Shown: positions 13,880 to 31,502 of the stretch, piece after piece
Numbering within the stretch: the first letter of the stretch is position 1
Layout: every line of letters starts with the position of its first letter
Assembly: GCA_964247055.1 (NCBI GenBank)
Contig: OZ176053.1
Span: 8,618,001 to 8,682,000 of the forward strand
Origin: Paragordius varius
Lineage: Eukaryota > Animalia > Nematomorpha
Reading direction: 5' to 3'
Length of the DNA stretch: 64,000 bases
Notes under the pieces: generated by a model
The model's database searches: none
Seen by the model: the letters and a program-made list of their open reading frames with translations, nothing else
Told to the model about the DNA's origin: nothing
Made by a program: the position numbers and the translations under genes

Positions 13880-15620
13880 ATGGTGCCATTCTCTTTTTTA
13901 ATCTTTTGGGATGATTATAAGATTTGTAAGTCATTTGCTTCAGTTTCTGGAACATTGGCTGAATTAATCCGTTATTATTATTTATTTCCACTTCCAGGCA
14001 TTGTTTATTAAGAAAGCATTATCCTTCCATATTTATCGTTGAAATTCTTCGTTATATATTTAACCATATTATTATTCCCCGTTGATTTAGCTTTTCTCCC
14101 ATTTTCTACTATTTCTAAACTCTTTTCTGACATACATTTATTATCCTTCCTCTTTACCCTTTGCACTTTTTCCTTTGCCACTACATTAATAACATTTTTT
14201 ATCGTTCCCCATAGTTGTTCGGAACTAGGGTTGGGCCCATTAGTCAATGACCTAGGATCATGACCTAGGTCATGACCATAGTCACGACTACGAAAAAAAT
14301 GACCTAGGTCAATTTTTTTATTTTTTTAATTTCATAATTTTTAAGAAAACAAAACCTTATATTATTTATATATGTATTATATTGGTTTAAAAATCATATG
14401 ATACATATTTTTATACTTGCTAAATCATAATAAAATCAGCCTTGTGGAAATTTTCCAATCAAAAACATCAAGCTACATGCAAATGCAATTACACCATATA
14501 TTTTAATAAAAACCGACCGAAGAAACATCTAAAAGAAGATAATGAAATAAATTATGACAGAAGGTGATGGTCGAAAGCAAGCTAAGTATTTAATCTCATA
14601 AATTGAGTGTTTAAAATTTCTGTTTTTAAGAAGAAATTAGCCAGAAACATTTACCAAAATTTATTTTTACATCCTCAACTATAAACATAGTTAAAAATAA
14701 ACATTTTCATAGTTTCATTCATAGTTTAAAACCGAATTATGCTATCCCAAATACAAAATAGATTTCTAATGAATTATTAAATTCATGTTATGAAGATATA
14801 TAAATAGAAATTGATGGAATATGTAATAATATTTCATTAATCGACGATTCATGTACCAATATTCGTAGGGATCAAATAATTAATATTATTGACCAAGGAC
14901 CCCAAAAATCATTTTTTATTAAGTGTATTGACACATCTTATTATAATAAGATTGCCGAATATATCTATAACATAATGGAACCAATTATAAAAGATATTGA
15001 TTAAAAATTAATTTCATTGTGACCGATAATGCAGCCAACACGAAGGCTGCTGGAAATTTGATTAATAAAGAATTGCCTAATATAATATGGCATGGATGCC
15101 AATGTCATATTATATATAATTTGATCAAAAAATATATTAAACTTAATAAGATTAATGTAATTTTAAATGTAGTGCGCTCGATTGTAGATTGGATTAAATC
15201 TAATAAAGGTGAATGTATACTTTATAAAAAATATATACTTTATGTAAAAACATCTTTTATGTAATTTAACCAAGTATTTATATATGTAGTTATTTATTAT
15301 TGGCAATAACATATGGCAAGACCTAGGTCTGACCCCCTTTTTTGAAAAAGGGGGTCAAAATCACAACCCTTTTCGGAACTACATTCAATTGTCAGATCTA
15401 TATAATCCATCTTTTGTTTCTGATCTAATACAATTCGGAATGTTCTGGGTGTCATATCTGGATGTCTGTTTAACATTATTTTTCATGATTTTAAGTTTGA
15501 TTTTTGTTATAAAAAGCACAATACAGGAGAAAAATGCATAATTAAATTTTAACCAAAAACTTTCCAAAAGTAGGTTAATACCACTGAGCTCTGGGATATG
15601 TAAATTATCCCAATATGTCA
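13880..15620 (-). mobile_element. RTE-clade LINE fragment, interrupted by a hAT insertion
   Basis: LFITKIKLKIMK..YDTQNIP..IDLTIECSSE|QLWGTIKNVINVVAKEKVQRVKRKDNKCMSEKSLEIVE..NAFLNKQCLEVEINNN resembles the RTE/BovB endonuclease-RT linker; the frame rejoins when 14226-15371 and one TSD copy are removed. Confidence 0.75.
14226..15371 (+). mobile_element. Internally deleted hAT (DUF659-type) DNA transposon, 1146 bp
   Basis: Ends TAGGGTTG/CAACCCTT; perfect 8-bp TSD TTCGGAAC at 14218-14225 and 15372-15379. Transposase remnant IDDSCTNIRRDQIINII..FFIKCIDTS..VTDNAANTKAAGNLINKELPNIIWHGCQCH, with stops and frameshifts. Confidence 0.85.
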
Positions 15621-15824
15621 TCGCGAATGAAAAAGTGAAAATATTTTATGATAAATTTTAAAGGCGATGGAATGCATCAAAATTTGTTTTAGATATTTTT
15701 TTATATTTGCCAAGGAGAATCTTACACCAAAGAAAATACTGTTAATTAAATTTTAAATATCATCCAAATCGCAAAAGTTTAAACACTGCACAAAAATCTA
15801 TGTCATACTTGAACGAGTTAAAAA

Positions 15825-17416
15825 ATGTTTTCACATATTGAAAAAATTGCACTCAACAGTTTACGAGTTTCATTTAGACGATTCTTAAGTCAACAAAAAG
15901 ATGGTTTGTTTGATATATATTTGTTAGAAATTATTAGGGACGATTCTACTCCACAATCCTTAAAAATTTTAGCCGAATATATATCAAAATCTCTTCCGAA
16001 ATATGTCCAAAAAGCGGATATTGTATTAGGTTAAATAAATTTATAAAAATAGGCAATGAACTTGAAGTTAAAATATGTCCTCAGGGAATATTTCCGACTA
16101 TAGCTTTTTTAAAAGATCATCACACCACTCAATTTACTAATATTATTGATATCACAGCCATAGATGTTCCTACGAGAAAATATCGATTTGAAGTTTATAA
16201 TTTACTAAATAATTAGTTAATATACCATTTTTTATCATTGAAATACAACCAAAGAATTAGATTACAATCTTATACTGATGAGCTGACACCGGTAGACTCC
16301 ATCACACCTATTTTTGAAGGTGCCAATTGGTTTGAAAGAGAAGTTTGTCTAATCTTTATTGCCAGATATATGATATGTTTGGGATATTTTTTACAAATCA
16401 CCCTGATTTAAGGAGGATATTAACAGATTATGGCTTTCAAGGCCATCCATTACGCAAGGATTTTCCTCTAAGCGGATTCAACGAGGTATTAATTTTTTTG
16501 CACCTATTTTTCAATTTGCAGATAAAAATTGTGTTTATGACATATATCCCGAAATTATAGAATTATGCATTAACGAAATTAAAATTTTAATTTTTAGAAT
16601 TTTTAGGTACCGTAAATTTTTATATTTTGCGATATATGTTTTTATTTCACTACCTTTCACTTTTTTGCCCTAATTTTCCTTTTGGGGTATTTTTGTATCC
16701 CAGAGCTCTATTTTTGAAATTTTAATAATAAACATTGTTCGCATGTTTTACATAAAAAGGTTATATTTTTTACAGTTTTGTGACTTCTAGAGTCTAAAAT
16801 TGGACAGCCCCAAAACAGATGAAAAGAACTGCTGATATTGAAATCAAAATATATTAAGTTTTTTGCTAGTAAAATGTAGCCTGAAAGCTTTTTTAAAGAT
16901 AATTATTTACTTTTAATCATCATTTATTTGCCTATTGCATTAACGATTTCAAAAATTTTATAAAAAAATGGCGAAAGTTTGAGAGAAGTATTTTTTACAA
17001 TTTTGCATTAAAAATAATTTTTTTTATAATGCGCATAAAAGGCTAAAGAAATCATATTTGTAAATTCGGCTCAAAGCCTAAATACTTTTTAAACTATCAA
17101 ATAGAAATCGCTCTGGGATTAAAACTACGCCAAAAGGTAATGGCGAGTCAAAATGATTTATATTTTATGATCTTAAAAAATTGTTATATATAAAAAATTT
17201 TTACGTTATATTACATAGGTCCGATACGATGATGAATATAATTTGGTCGTTACGGAACCGCTTGAATTGACTCAGGAATACAGAAAATTTGATTTAAACA
17301 CGCCTTGGGAAGTGTTTCCAACCATGAAACAAGATATTGTTAAACAAGAATTGGCAGAAAAACAAAAAATAGCAACCTCAGAAAAAGCATCCAAAGAAGA
17401 CAAAAATAATTTATAA
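15825..17416 (+). CDS. NDUFS3: NADH:ubiquinone oxidoreductase 30 kDa subunit (6 exons)
   Basis: Exons 15825-15903, 15928-16029, 16053-16192, 16217-16342, 16366-16485, 17219-17416. Arg/Ser-rich transit-like N-terminus; conserved [59 protein letters not shown] and [25 protein letters not shown]. Confidence 0.95.
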
Positions 17417-18429
17417 ACAGATAATTGCATGTTTGAATTTAGATCCAATTTAATAGACGCTAACTAAATTCATAATTATCTTATAATGCAGTAGACTAAT
17501 TTGTTGCGCATTTTATAAGCTGTGAAATTTGGATTAGTTATAGCCAATGTTATATATAATTTTTATTTTAAGCCATTTGTATTTATAATTTATAGCAGCA
17601 AATTTTTTAATTTGTGCAGGAGAGTTTTAGTAAATACTAATTACATTTTGGAAAATATATACTTTATATTACATTGTTCAATCAATTAATTAAAAAAAGT
17701 CTTTGAAAACATTTATGTGTTGTATAATTTTTTAAGCCGTTTGTTATGGTGTTAGACCTCGTGTTTGGGTGGTATTATATGAAGTTTTTTTAGTTTTCAA
17801 ACGTCATCTTTACATAATATATTATTTTAGCTGGATATTTCTTAATATCTATTTTTTATATTTTCAAATAATATGGTTATAAAATAAATTAAAATGGGTT
17901 AATAAATTTACATCTTTTTGTTTTCTGTATTTGGTAAGGGTTTATATTTTTTTGTTTAGTTGTAATGAGGGATACAGAGTTTGGAATCGACATTTTGATT
18001 CATTTGATTTGGACAAGGCGAAGTTTTAAAACAATATCTAAGAAATGGCTGGATGTCTTGCTTATATTATTGACACTTAATTATAATTTTAAGCGAGTTG
18101 TACTTTAATATGTATTATTTCTGAATTTTCCATATGGCCTGAAAAATTGCAAAATTAGGGATTTAACAAATGCAGTGTTATAAAAAAGCCGGCAAACTAA
18201 TATGGCATACATTCGATTTTTTAATATACATAATCATACTTAATAATAATATGAGCTTAAAAGTACCTGTTACTTTCTACGATTTTAAACCAATATTTAT
18301 TCCATTTAAATAATTATTTGCAAATCAATAATTCTATAATATATTATTGAAATCGATTTAACTTTTCTATCAAAAGATATACTTTGCACCCGAAACCTCT
18401 GGATATAAAAAAGTTAAAATAGATAATAT

Positions 18430-21400
18430 TTAACATTTATTTAATGGTTCAAGGCCAAGCAACCTTAAATTTTGTGAGATCAAGAGCCTCATACAATGGA
18501 ATATATAAAGCATGTATAATTTGGATCTTTCCGTTGGTAATTGATTAATATGGATATGATTATAGGCATGATTGATTTTATGACACAATTTAAAGAGATG
18601 GCGAAGGTATATTTTTGGCTCAAAATTTTCCAATGTCGGATAAACCGATTCCTTCATTTCTAGAATTAGGGGTGGTATCTCATTCAAAATCACATGCTGA
18701 GTTTCATTGAGGTTAGGCATAGGATCATTTAAAAAACCCATAGCTTGAATTTCAGGTAAATATTCCCATTTTCGTTCAATGCTAATAAATGAACATATTT
18801 TAAAAATGATGTATTATTTATTCTATTAATTTACAATAATTTATATATTTAATAAAACATGTGTATTTTGGTATCTTTGATAAGTAGTTAAGCTAACATG
18901 TTAACATTTCAACATTTATATAAAATATTATGGATAAAAAGCCTACATTCAGAGCAGGGGTGTCCAACACGCAGTCCGCGGGACTCGTGTGGCCTTCCAT
19001 AGACATTAAGTGCGGTCCGCGAAAAAGTTGGAAATCCATGATTTCCAAAAAAATGCTCATAAAATCTTAGTAAAATTGATATTTTCTAAACAAATTTTTA
19101 AATAAGTCTATCCAATTGGCAACGAACTAGTGAAAAATGTTCTATTGTGTTTGCTTTTTACAGTATTACGTTTAAAAATTAATCAAATAATCTATGCCCA
19201 TATATATTTCTAATGCTGCCTGTCGAATTTTTTAATTTAAAAATGCAGCATGCGAAGCCATTTGTGCTGAACACCCATTAATTATAGTAAAAAAAATGCA
19301 CACTTGTACAATCGTGAATGAGTGTATTGCAATAAGTTTCCACTTTCTTTAGTATCATTTAAAGCATTCTTCCAACTAAAATGGTAGCTATGACCGCGAG
19401 TTTGATTAAGAGTGTTTACTATAATGCTTGATAGAGCTAATTGTTTAGCCACATAATCAATAGTTTCTGTATCCATGTCAATTTTCGTGGCTATCATAAT
19501 AAAAAATTATCAAAATACCAATTTAATTTTTTGATATTTAGAGATGTATATAAAACCGTTTTTGTTCCGATTTAAAGTCAATTATTTTGTATGTGGTTTT
19601 GGTTCAAATATGTTTTTTTCAATTATAGTTTTTGACAAAATGGTCCTTTACAAATATAATTCTATCAGATAGCTTAGTTGTTTTAATAAAGTATGAAGGC
19701 CATAATACTATAATAAACTATTATTTCATTATACATTACTATGTTCTGAATAATTTAAAAACATGCTTTTAACAAAATATAAATCAAAGGTTAACATAGA
19801 ATAAAAATTGAAAAAAGAAATTGGATTTGCTCTTTCGCTGAAAAAATATAATCCCGGTTCCAGAGACTCAGTTTTAATCCCTATGTGGCTAATTAAAAAA
19901 TTAATGATACATTTATAATTTTTTTATCCAAAAAAAATTAGAAATATTTTTTTACATTGTTTGAAAAATTTATATAGGCTTAGATATTTCCAATTAATAA
20001 ATGTCTTTTACTTTTGCGAGCCAATAATTTAGTACGCATTTTGTTTGTGCCTTCGTTGATAATGTCATTTATGTAAACGTTCGTTCCATCTCGACTCCTC
20101 ATCCCAATAACTCGGCCAAATTTGACATGTTTAAATCTTTAATCATAGAAATTAATATTAAAAAATTAATATTTTTTATCAAAAAAACGATGGATGAAAA
20201 ACAGAAAAAAATGACATATCTTGTTTGCGCGTTAATTTTAACCGAAAAAACATATTACATCTCGAAAATCTGTTTCAAGCAAGTGAACATGTTAATGGTA
20301 TATATTAAAAAAATAGGGTTTAATCTAAAACTTTTAACATTCTAAATAGATCGCTCAATAAAAGATTATTACAACTCATTTATATTAAATACGGAAAAGG
20401 GAATACTACATCTAAATAAACATTTCAAATAAAAATCGTTCATACGAAATGGCAAAAAATCTTAAAAATATACTTGACGTTGTGAGTCTCGTCGGGAAAA
20501 GATTCGGTTAAAATTTCAAACAATGCCTGAAAGTGAAGATCTTGGCCAATGTCAACCTTTAATTATAAAGCATAAAATATATACATTTAATTATTTTACA
20601 AAAAATACATCGGTATATATATAAAATAATATTGAAATATTCACATAAATATTAACTAGTTTAAGGTTAATAAATATTAATTTTGAGTTTTATAGGTGTT
20701 AAAAAATTGGCTTTAAATATCAACCAAGATATTTTTTAAGATTATAAATTATATTTAAAAAGCGTAATGCGAAAGTCATCTATTAGTCTCATTATTATAA
20801 GTCTACCGTAACATTTTAAACCAAATAGCATCTATCGGATTTTAAAACCAAACTTTTTATGTTATGTTTAATCATTAATTAAATTTTTTTCTTATCAATA
20901 TTATGTTTTGCAATGTTTCCTTAATGTTTCGAGGGATGGAATTAAATGCTTTATGAAAAGGACCAGATGTTGGTTTTATTTCGGAGACAGTATTTACTAT
21001 TTACATTCCCATTTCAGTACAACCGCCATACCAATTACTTTATGCTGATGGCTTTGTCATTACAGCCACTCCCGAATACGAATTAGGAGCGAATTCTTAA
21101 AATGAAAAATCTTCTAACAAAACACGGTCTCAACATAAATTCGGTAAAGTCTAAAATAATGATAACAGGAGACAAAACCGTAACACTCCAACATTCTTGA
21201 TGAGTTTGTCATGAAGAGGTTAAATTTAATTCCATATGCCCCTCTTACAATACATGGGCGCATAAAAAATGCTAAAACAAAAGATGCGTAAATAATAATA
21301 TTGATGTTTACCATGAAAAACCAATCTAATGTTAAATATGATAATACCCCCTAGATCAGTAGTAATTAAAAGTATTAAGTATAAAATAAAAACGAGTTTC

Positions 21401-22776
21401 TGCTACTTAGAATTTTTACTAATGTAGATAAATCAAAAACCACACTATTTCATTGTAAGAAATGGGCTATGCCTATGAAACGCTACCGCTTACAAAAACA
21501 GCACAAACCGACTCCGAAACACCTATCTCTAATATGTATATATATATATATATATATACATAATATCCCAGATTACTAGGATACAATTACATCCTATTGA
21601 AAAATGCATGCGCATATCATGTAAACAAATGATGGATTGAATCTGTGCTAAAAATAAAAAAAACGCTTTGATGGTTTAAATTAAATGTATTCTGAGTAAA
21701 CCGCCTATGAAGAACTATATGATGCTAGCATTTATGGTACCTTACAATATTATGGGAGGAGAATAAGTCATTAAAATGATCAAATAATGAGATACCCCAC
21801 CCTATAAATAATTTGAGCGTCACGACTTTTTAAAAAAATGTTTTTAAAATGTAATTATTAAATATTTTAGTGAAAAACGGCTTGAATACTCACAAAATAA
21901 TATAGAGAATCTGGATGATATTCTTGGATTCTATGCAAAGCAGCAGCGATATCTCTGAATATTTATTATTTGATGTAACCTGGCGAGATAAAGGGTGAGA
22001 GTGTTTGACTTTTGAAGACATACGGTTTCCCCACTTTTTAGATTATATAAACAGGAACCGTTTCTAACATTATATACCATATTTAATATACTCATTACGT
22101 ATTTTGCCCATTTTTTGCAACTTGTATATAATATTCTTGACGTTTATATAATTGGATTCGTAATCATAATCATCAAAGTTTACCCTTAAAGCCTATATAT
22201 CAACCGCATATACTTGATAAACTTTTTTGTATTCTTGAAAACTGATATTCTTGATCTGATCTAAAAGAGTGGAGTAAAAGGTATCGTTATGTAATTTTTC
22301 CAAAATTTTGGTGACATCATTTTCGTTGGGTTTTTCCATATTTATTTTACGATAAGCCTTTGCATTATAAAATTTTCATATACAGTATTTAAATGAGCCA
22401 TGGTAATCGTATTATTGACAATTTCTTGGTTAAATAACTTCGTTAAACCATATAAAAGAAGTGCTTAAGTAGACATATAAAAAATACCAATTTGATAACC
22501 AGTGTCCCCAATATAATTTATTTTTGTTACATTTTTTCCACATAAACCAAAAAGATTAGCAGTATAGTTGCCAATCAAGGTAGATCTTAAATGGCCAGCA
22601 TGAAAAAACTTTGCTAAATTAGGTGAGCTATAGTCCAACAAAACATGCTCATGACTTTGCGCATTATATAAAAGTCCTTTTGACAGGAATATATTTTTGA
22701 GTAAATGCTCCTAATTTTTATTTTAGGTTACTGGGAAATCGGTAAATTTGAAAACTTTGTCAGCTGCTAAGCACAT
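18430..22776 (-). CDS. RARS2: Mitochondrial arginyl-tRNA synthetase (11 exons; 5' end uncertain)
   Basis: Exons 22776-22732, 22710-22488, 22463-22384, 22357-22214, 22192-22092, 22063-21980, 21954-21894, 20556-20474, 20136-20012, 19490-19304, 18781-18430. HIGH motif DYSSPNLAKFFHAGHLRSTLIGN, INYIGDTG, LYLARDIAAA, FGRVIGMRSRDG, LQYTHSRL; C-terminus LRLLGLEPLNKC*. Confidence 0.9.
18955..19279. mobile_element. hAT-family MITE in the last RARS2 intron
   Basis: Left end caggggtgtccaacacgc, right end gtgctgaacacccatt; GCGGTCCGC subterminal motifs; no clean TSD. Confidence 0.6.
21030..21175 (+). mobile_element. Non-LTR retrotransposon RT fragment in a RARS2 intron
   Basis: QLLYADGFVITATPEYEL then, after a frameshift, ILKMKNLLTKHGLNINSVKSKIMITG; matches the LLYADD..GLxINxxKTKxM RT motifs with the catalytic YADD mutated to YADG. 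Confidence 0.7.
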
Positions 22777-22817
22777 TAATTTTTACGTCATACATTGCAT
22801 AAAACATCCGATAAAAC

Positions 22818-28036
<5,219 letters not shown>

Positions 28037-28348
28037 TTTTTTAGCTTATAATTTTACAAACATAACTCACGACACTGCCTTATTATTGTATGTACACTTT
28101 TGCACAAAAATTCACAAACAATCATCAATTATAAATTTATGCCAATAAATTCTAATATTAAATGAATGTAAAAATAGAATTATAGTATATTAGCATAATC
28201 CAAAATTTTGAGCAATCTTTTTCATACTAGCCATCATTTCTGTATCTGGTAAATTTATGGCGTCCATACTCGGATCTACATCAAATGTAAAATATTAGTT
28301 TATAGAGAATATAGCTCTTAAATTGTTTCAATCAATAATTATCTAAGG

Positions 28349-30747
28349 CAGTGGTACTCACCAAAAAAATTTGACGGGCCAAATAAAACATATTTTTTTT
28401 CTAGGGCCATGAACCTTATAATGGCAAATATTCCATAGATATTTGACATATACGCACATATTTATATTCAAAATCAGCACACTCAATTTTTTGCGGATCG
28501 CATGTAAATCCAGCTTAAAATTCGTTTTGCACTATTTTGTTTAAAAAATGTAGTTGTTTAACAGTTAGCTTTGATGGTGCACCATCGTAAGCTATCCAGC
28601 TTTTTCTGAAATAGTTCTTTACAATACAATCTGTTTTTAGCAGTTTGAGTTGTTTTTAATAACAACATTTATTTTGATATTAACCAATAATTTTTGACAA
28701 ATTTGGTTTCGCCTCATTACAGGCCAATCTTAATACGTCGTCCATACCATCATCGGTTAAGCGATTTCTATATAAATTGTTGACATACTTCATTTAATGT
28801 GCCGTCTCAAACGTGTAAGTTGAGGAAAAAACAGTTACTATCAATTGAGCACTTTTTTACATTTCCATATTTATTTGGCACATTTTGCCAAAACTTTACA
28901 TATCTTGCTTCTTTACGGTTCATTTTGAATATAGCTTCCAAATTGAATTCATCTACGAATTCTAATGATATGCGCCTGATCGAAACCGAAATGCTCAAGT
29001 TGCTTAATATTGGATATATCCATATGTCATGGTTCAACGAGTTTTTGCAATTTTAATATTTAATTCTTGAAATCTGAATTTGTCTCATTAGATAAAAGTG
29101 TTAAACGATTGTCTGTTATTAAATTAATCTCCACGGTAAATTCCATATTTCTTCATGAATAGTTCTAAGTGTTGGAAAATATAGGAATGTTTTATTTATA
29201 AAATATTGTTTATATATTATTAATTTTTTTCAAAATATATTAGCAAATTGGGTTTTATTTTGCTCCCTTGACGACTTGTATTAAAAATACTAATTTTATA
29301 AGTAATGTCGCAAAGGTAGGCTAATAAAACCCACCGTTTGTCACAATTAATTTTCTCGCCAAACTTTTTGTTTCTTTTATAAATAATAGCATTTCATGTC
29401 TTAAAACAAATAATCTATTTAATCTTTGCTAAGGCTTAAACATCTCACAGTGGTGTACAAAAGAATATCATTAAACTTACTGTGGATATCTTTCAGAATG
29501 TTTTTTATTTATGGCGGTTGTCTCCACGGATGTTGTTAACTATATCCACAACTTTAATTACTGAATTAAGTGATTCATCTTTTACACATGAAACCAAGTT
29601 TTGCTGATGACTAAAGCAGTGAAAGGATAAAATATTTTGCAAATTATATTTGCTTTTCAAAAGAGGAACAAATCCTTTTTTATTCCAATTATAGAGGGAC
29701 AGCCATTTGTGCAGATCAAAACCAATTTTTTCATAGATATACCATTATTATCGAAAAAAGTGCTAATTATTTCGAGAAAATCACTTCCTTTCGTGGTATT
29801 ATTCATTGGTAATAATTTTAAATATTCCTCTTTGATTATGTTGTCGTTGCCAAATCTCACGAAGAGCACACATTGGGTTGAACTAATATCAGTGCTAAAA
29901 TCAATAGCAATACTAAAATATTTGCAGTTTTTCAGAGCCAATATTGTATTGTTATTAATATATTAAATATTAACAATGCGTCGAGCACATGTTGAATCAG
30001 AAAGTAGAAGTTTTTTAATTTGCCTCATGATTTGATCTTTCTTATGGAATTTATAAAATATAAAGTGCAACATTTGTTAGACATTCTTTTATTAGTTGGA
30101 AATCAATAAACAGTTTCTTATTTTTTCAAGCCAATGTTACACTTTTTCCTGGGAGAAAGCTATGGACATAATATATTTTTCTTTCTGGTGTAATTCCATG
30201 ATCTTTATATATTCGTTTCTTTCCTCATGATTTTCCGGTAATTTATGAAAATAATGGATTGTAAAATGTCTTTTAATTTTGTATTTTTTTATAATTATGT
30301 TTCTTACATATAAGGCAGGTAACAACATATTTATTTAAAACGACTAAGACATATTTTTTCCCATTCTTTTTCAAAGGAGGATTAACATCGGATAATTTAA
30401 CATTAGATGTCATTCTTTGATTTATGTTTAATTATGTAAATTTTTTAAACAATAGGAATATTGATTATATAAAAAAACAGGTCGAAATTTAATTATGTTG
30501 ATTTTATTTTATGGGAATGAGTTATAAAATTTGCAGGATAGCAAAGAAAAGAATATGTATAGGGAAATCTTTCATATTGGAAAAATAAAAATCACCAAAA
30601 TCCAATCTAAAGAAAATAAATTATTAAAATGAGCGAAAATTCGTTTGTGAAAAATTCATCAATTAAAAATTTGAGTATCAATATTGTCATATAGCCATTT
30701 TAAAGTACCCTTAGGGCCGCATGCGGCCCGCGGTTTGAGTACCATTG
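28349..30747 (-). mobile_element. Full-length but dead hAT transposon (SPIN/GTF2IRD2-like, Buster group), 2399 bp
   Basis: TIRs cagtggtactca / tgagtaccattg; perfect TSD ATCTAAGG at 28341-28348 and 30748-30755. Transposase remnants ~30413-28670: CLIC..IKRHF zinc finger, FSIAIDFSTDISS, CTNGCPS, HCFSHQQNL, RNRLTDDGMDDVLRLA. Many frameshifts; catalytic acidic residues altered. Confidence 0.92.
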
Positions 30748-30803
30748 ATCTAAGGGATTTTTAGTTTTTTTAAATAATCCGCTATTTTTAAATTATTAGA
30801 AAA

Positions 30804-31486
30804 CTAATAATAGTTTATGTGTAAAATATTTAGTTCACATTTCGATATAAAATTATTTAAACCTTTATTTTTTATGCAAGAAGCATGGAACTCAGTGCAT
30901 TTTGTGCTTTCCAGAATGTTTGTGAGGTTTATATCGTTTATTCCACCCCCACACATTATAACGATATGCTTGTTATAACGGTTTATTAAATCTTTTAAAG
31001 TTTCTTTACCGGTATAAGCTGTTGTAGAATCTCCGCTTGTTAAAATTCTACTAAAACCCATATCAATCAATAATTCCGCAGCTCTTGGCTTATCCAAAAC
31101 TTTGTCGAATGCTCTATGAAAAGTAGTAGGTAAGGGTTGACAAAGTCTAACCAAATCAGAATTAATCGGATCAATTTGTAAATCATGTGTTAAAACACCT
31201 CTGATTAGGAAAAATGTGTACCAAAAACAAAGCCAGAAGCCCCATGATTTTTAAATAACGTAATATCTTCTTTCATTATTTCGATCTCGTTGGTACTGTA
31301 TTGAAAATCTCCACCCCTGGGTCTAATCATAACATAAATGGGGATATCAAGAACTTTTTTAACGCATTCAAACGTACCAAAAGAAGGGGTTAACCCATCT
31401 AATTGAAGCGCAGAACATAATTCAATGCGTGTTGCAAAAGAGTTTGCGAGTATGGCTCCTGCATAAGTATCCACGCATATTTCCAT
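30804..31486 (-). CDS. CUTC: Copper homeostasis protein CutC (2 exons)
   Basis: Exons 31486-31222 and 31198-30804 with a 23-nt intron. MEICVD..RIELCSAL..GLTPS..VMIRPRGGDF..GFVFG|VLT..TFHRAFD..RILTSG..MCGGGIN..EFHAS. Confidence 0.92.
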
Positions 31487-31502
31487 AAATTCAAATAAAC
31501 AT

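Noticed and set aside
15825-17416. NDUFS3 as a mitochondrial nad9 insertion (NUMT)
   Set aside because: It has five GT-AG introns, a transit-like leader and the standard code, so it is the normal nuclear gene.
17900-18170. Possible small minus-strand gene between NDUFS3 and RARS2
   Set aside because: Only a ~44-aa product can be built, using an arbitrary intron, with no recognisable homology.
21114-21314. ORF-track 66-aa minus-strand ORF as a RARS2 exon
   Set aside because: It is the antisense of a LINE RT fragment; the RARS2 alignment is complete without it.
30804-31486. CutC as a bacterial horizontal transfer or contaminant
   Set aside because: CutC is widespread in animals; this copy has a spliceosomal intron and host-like composition.
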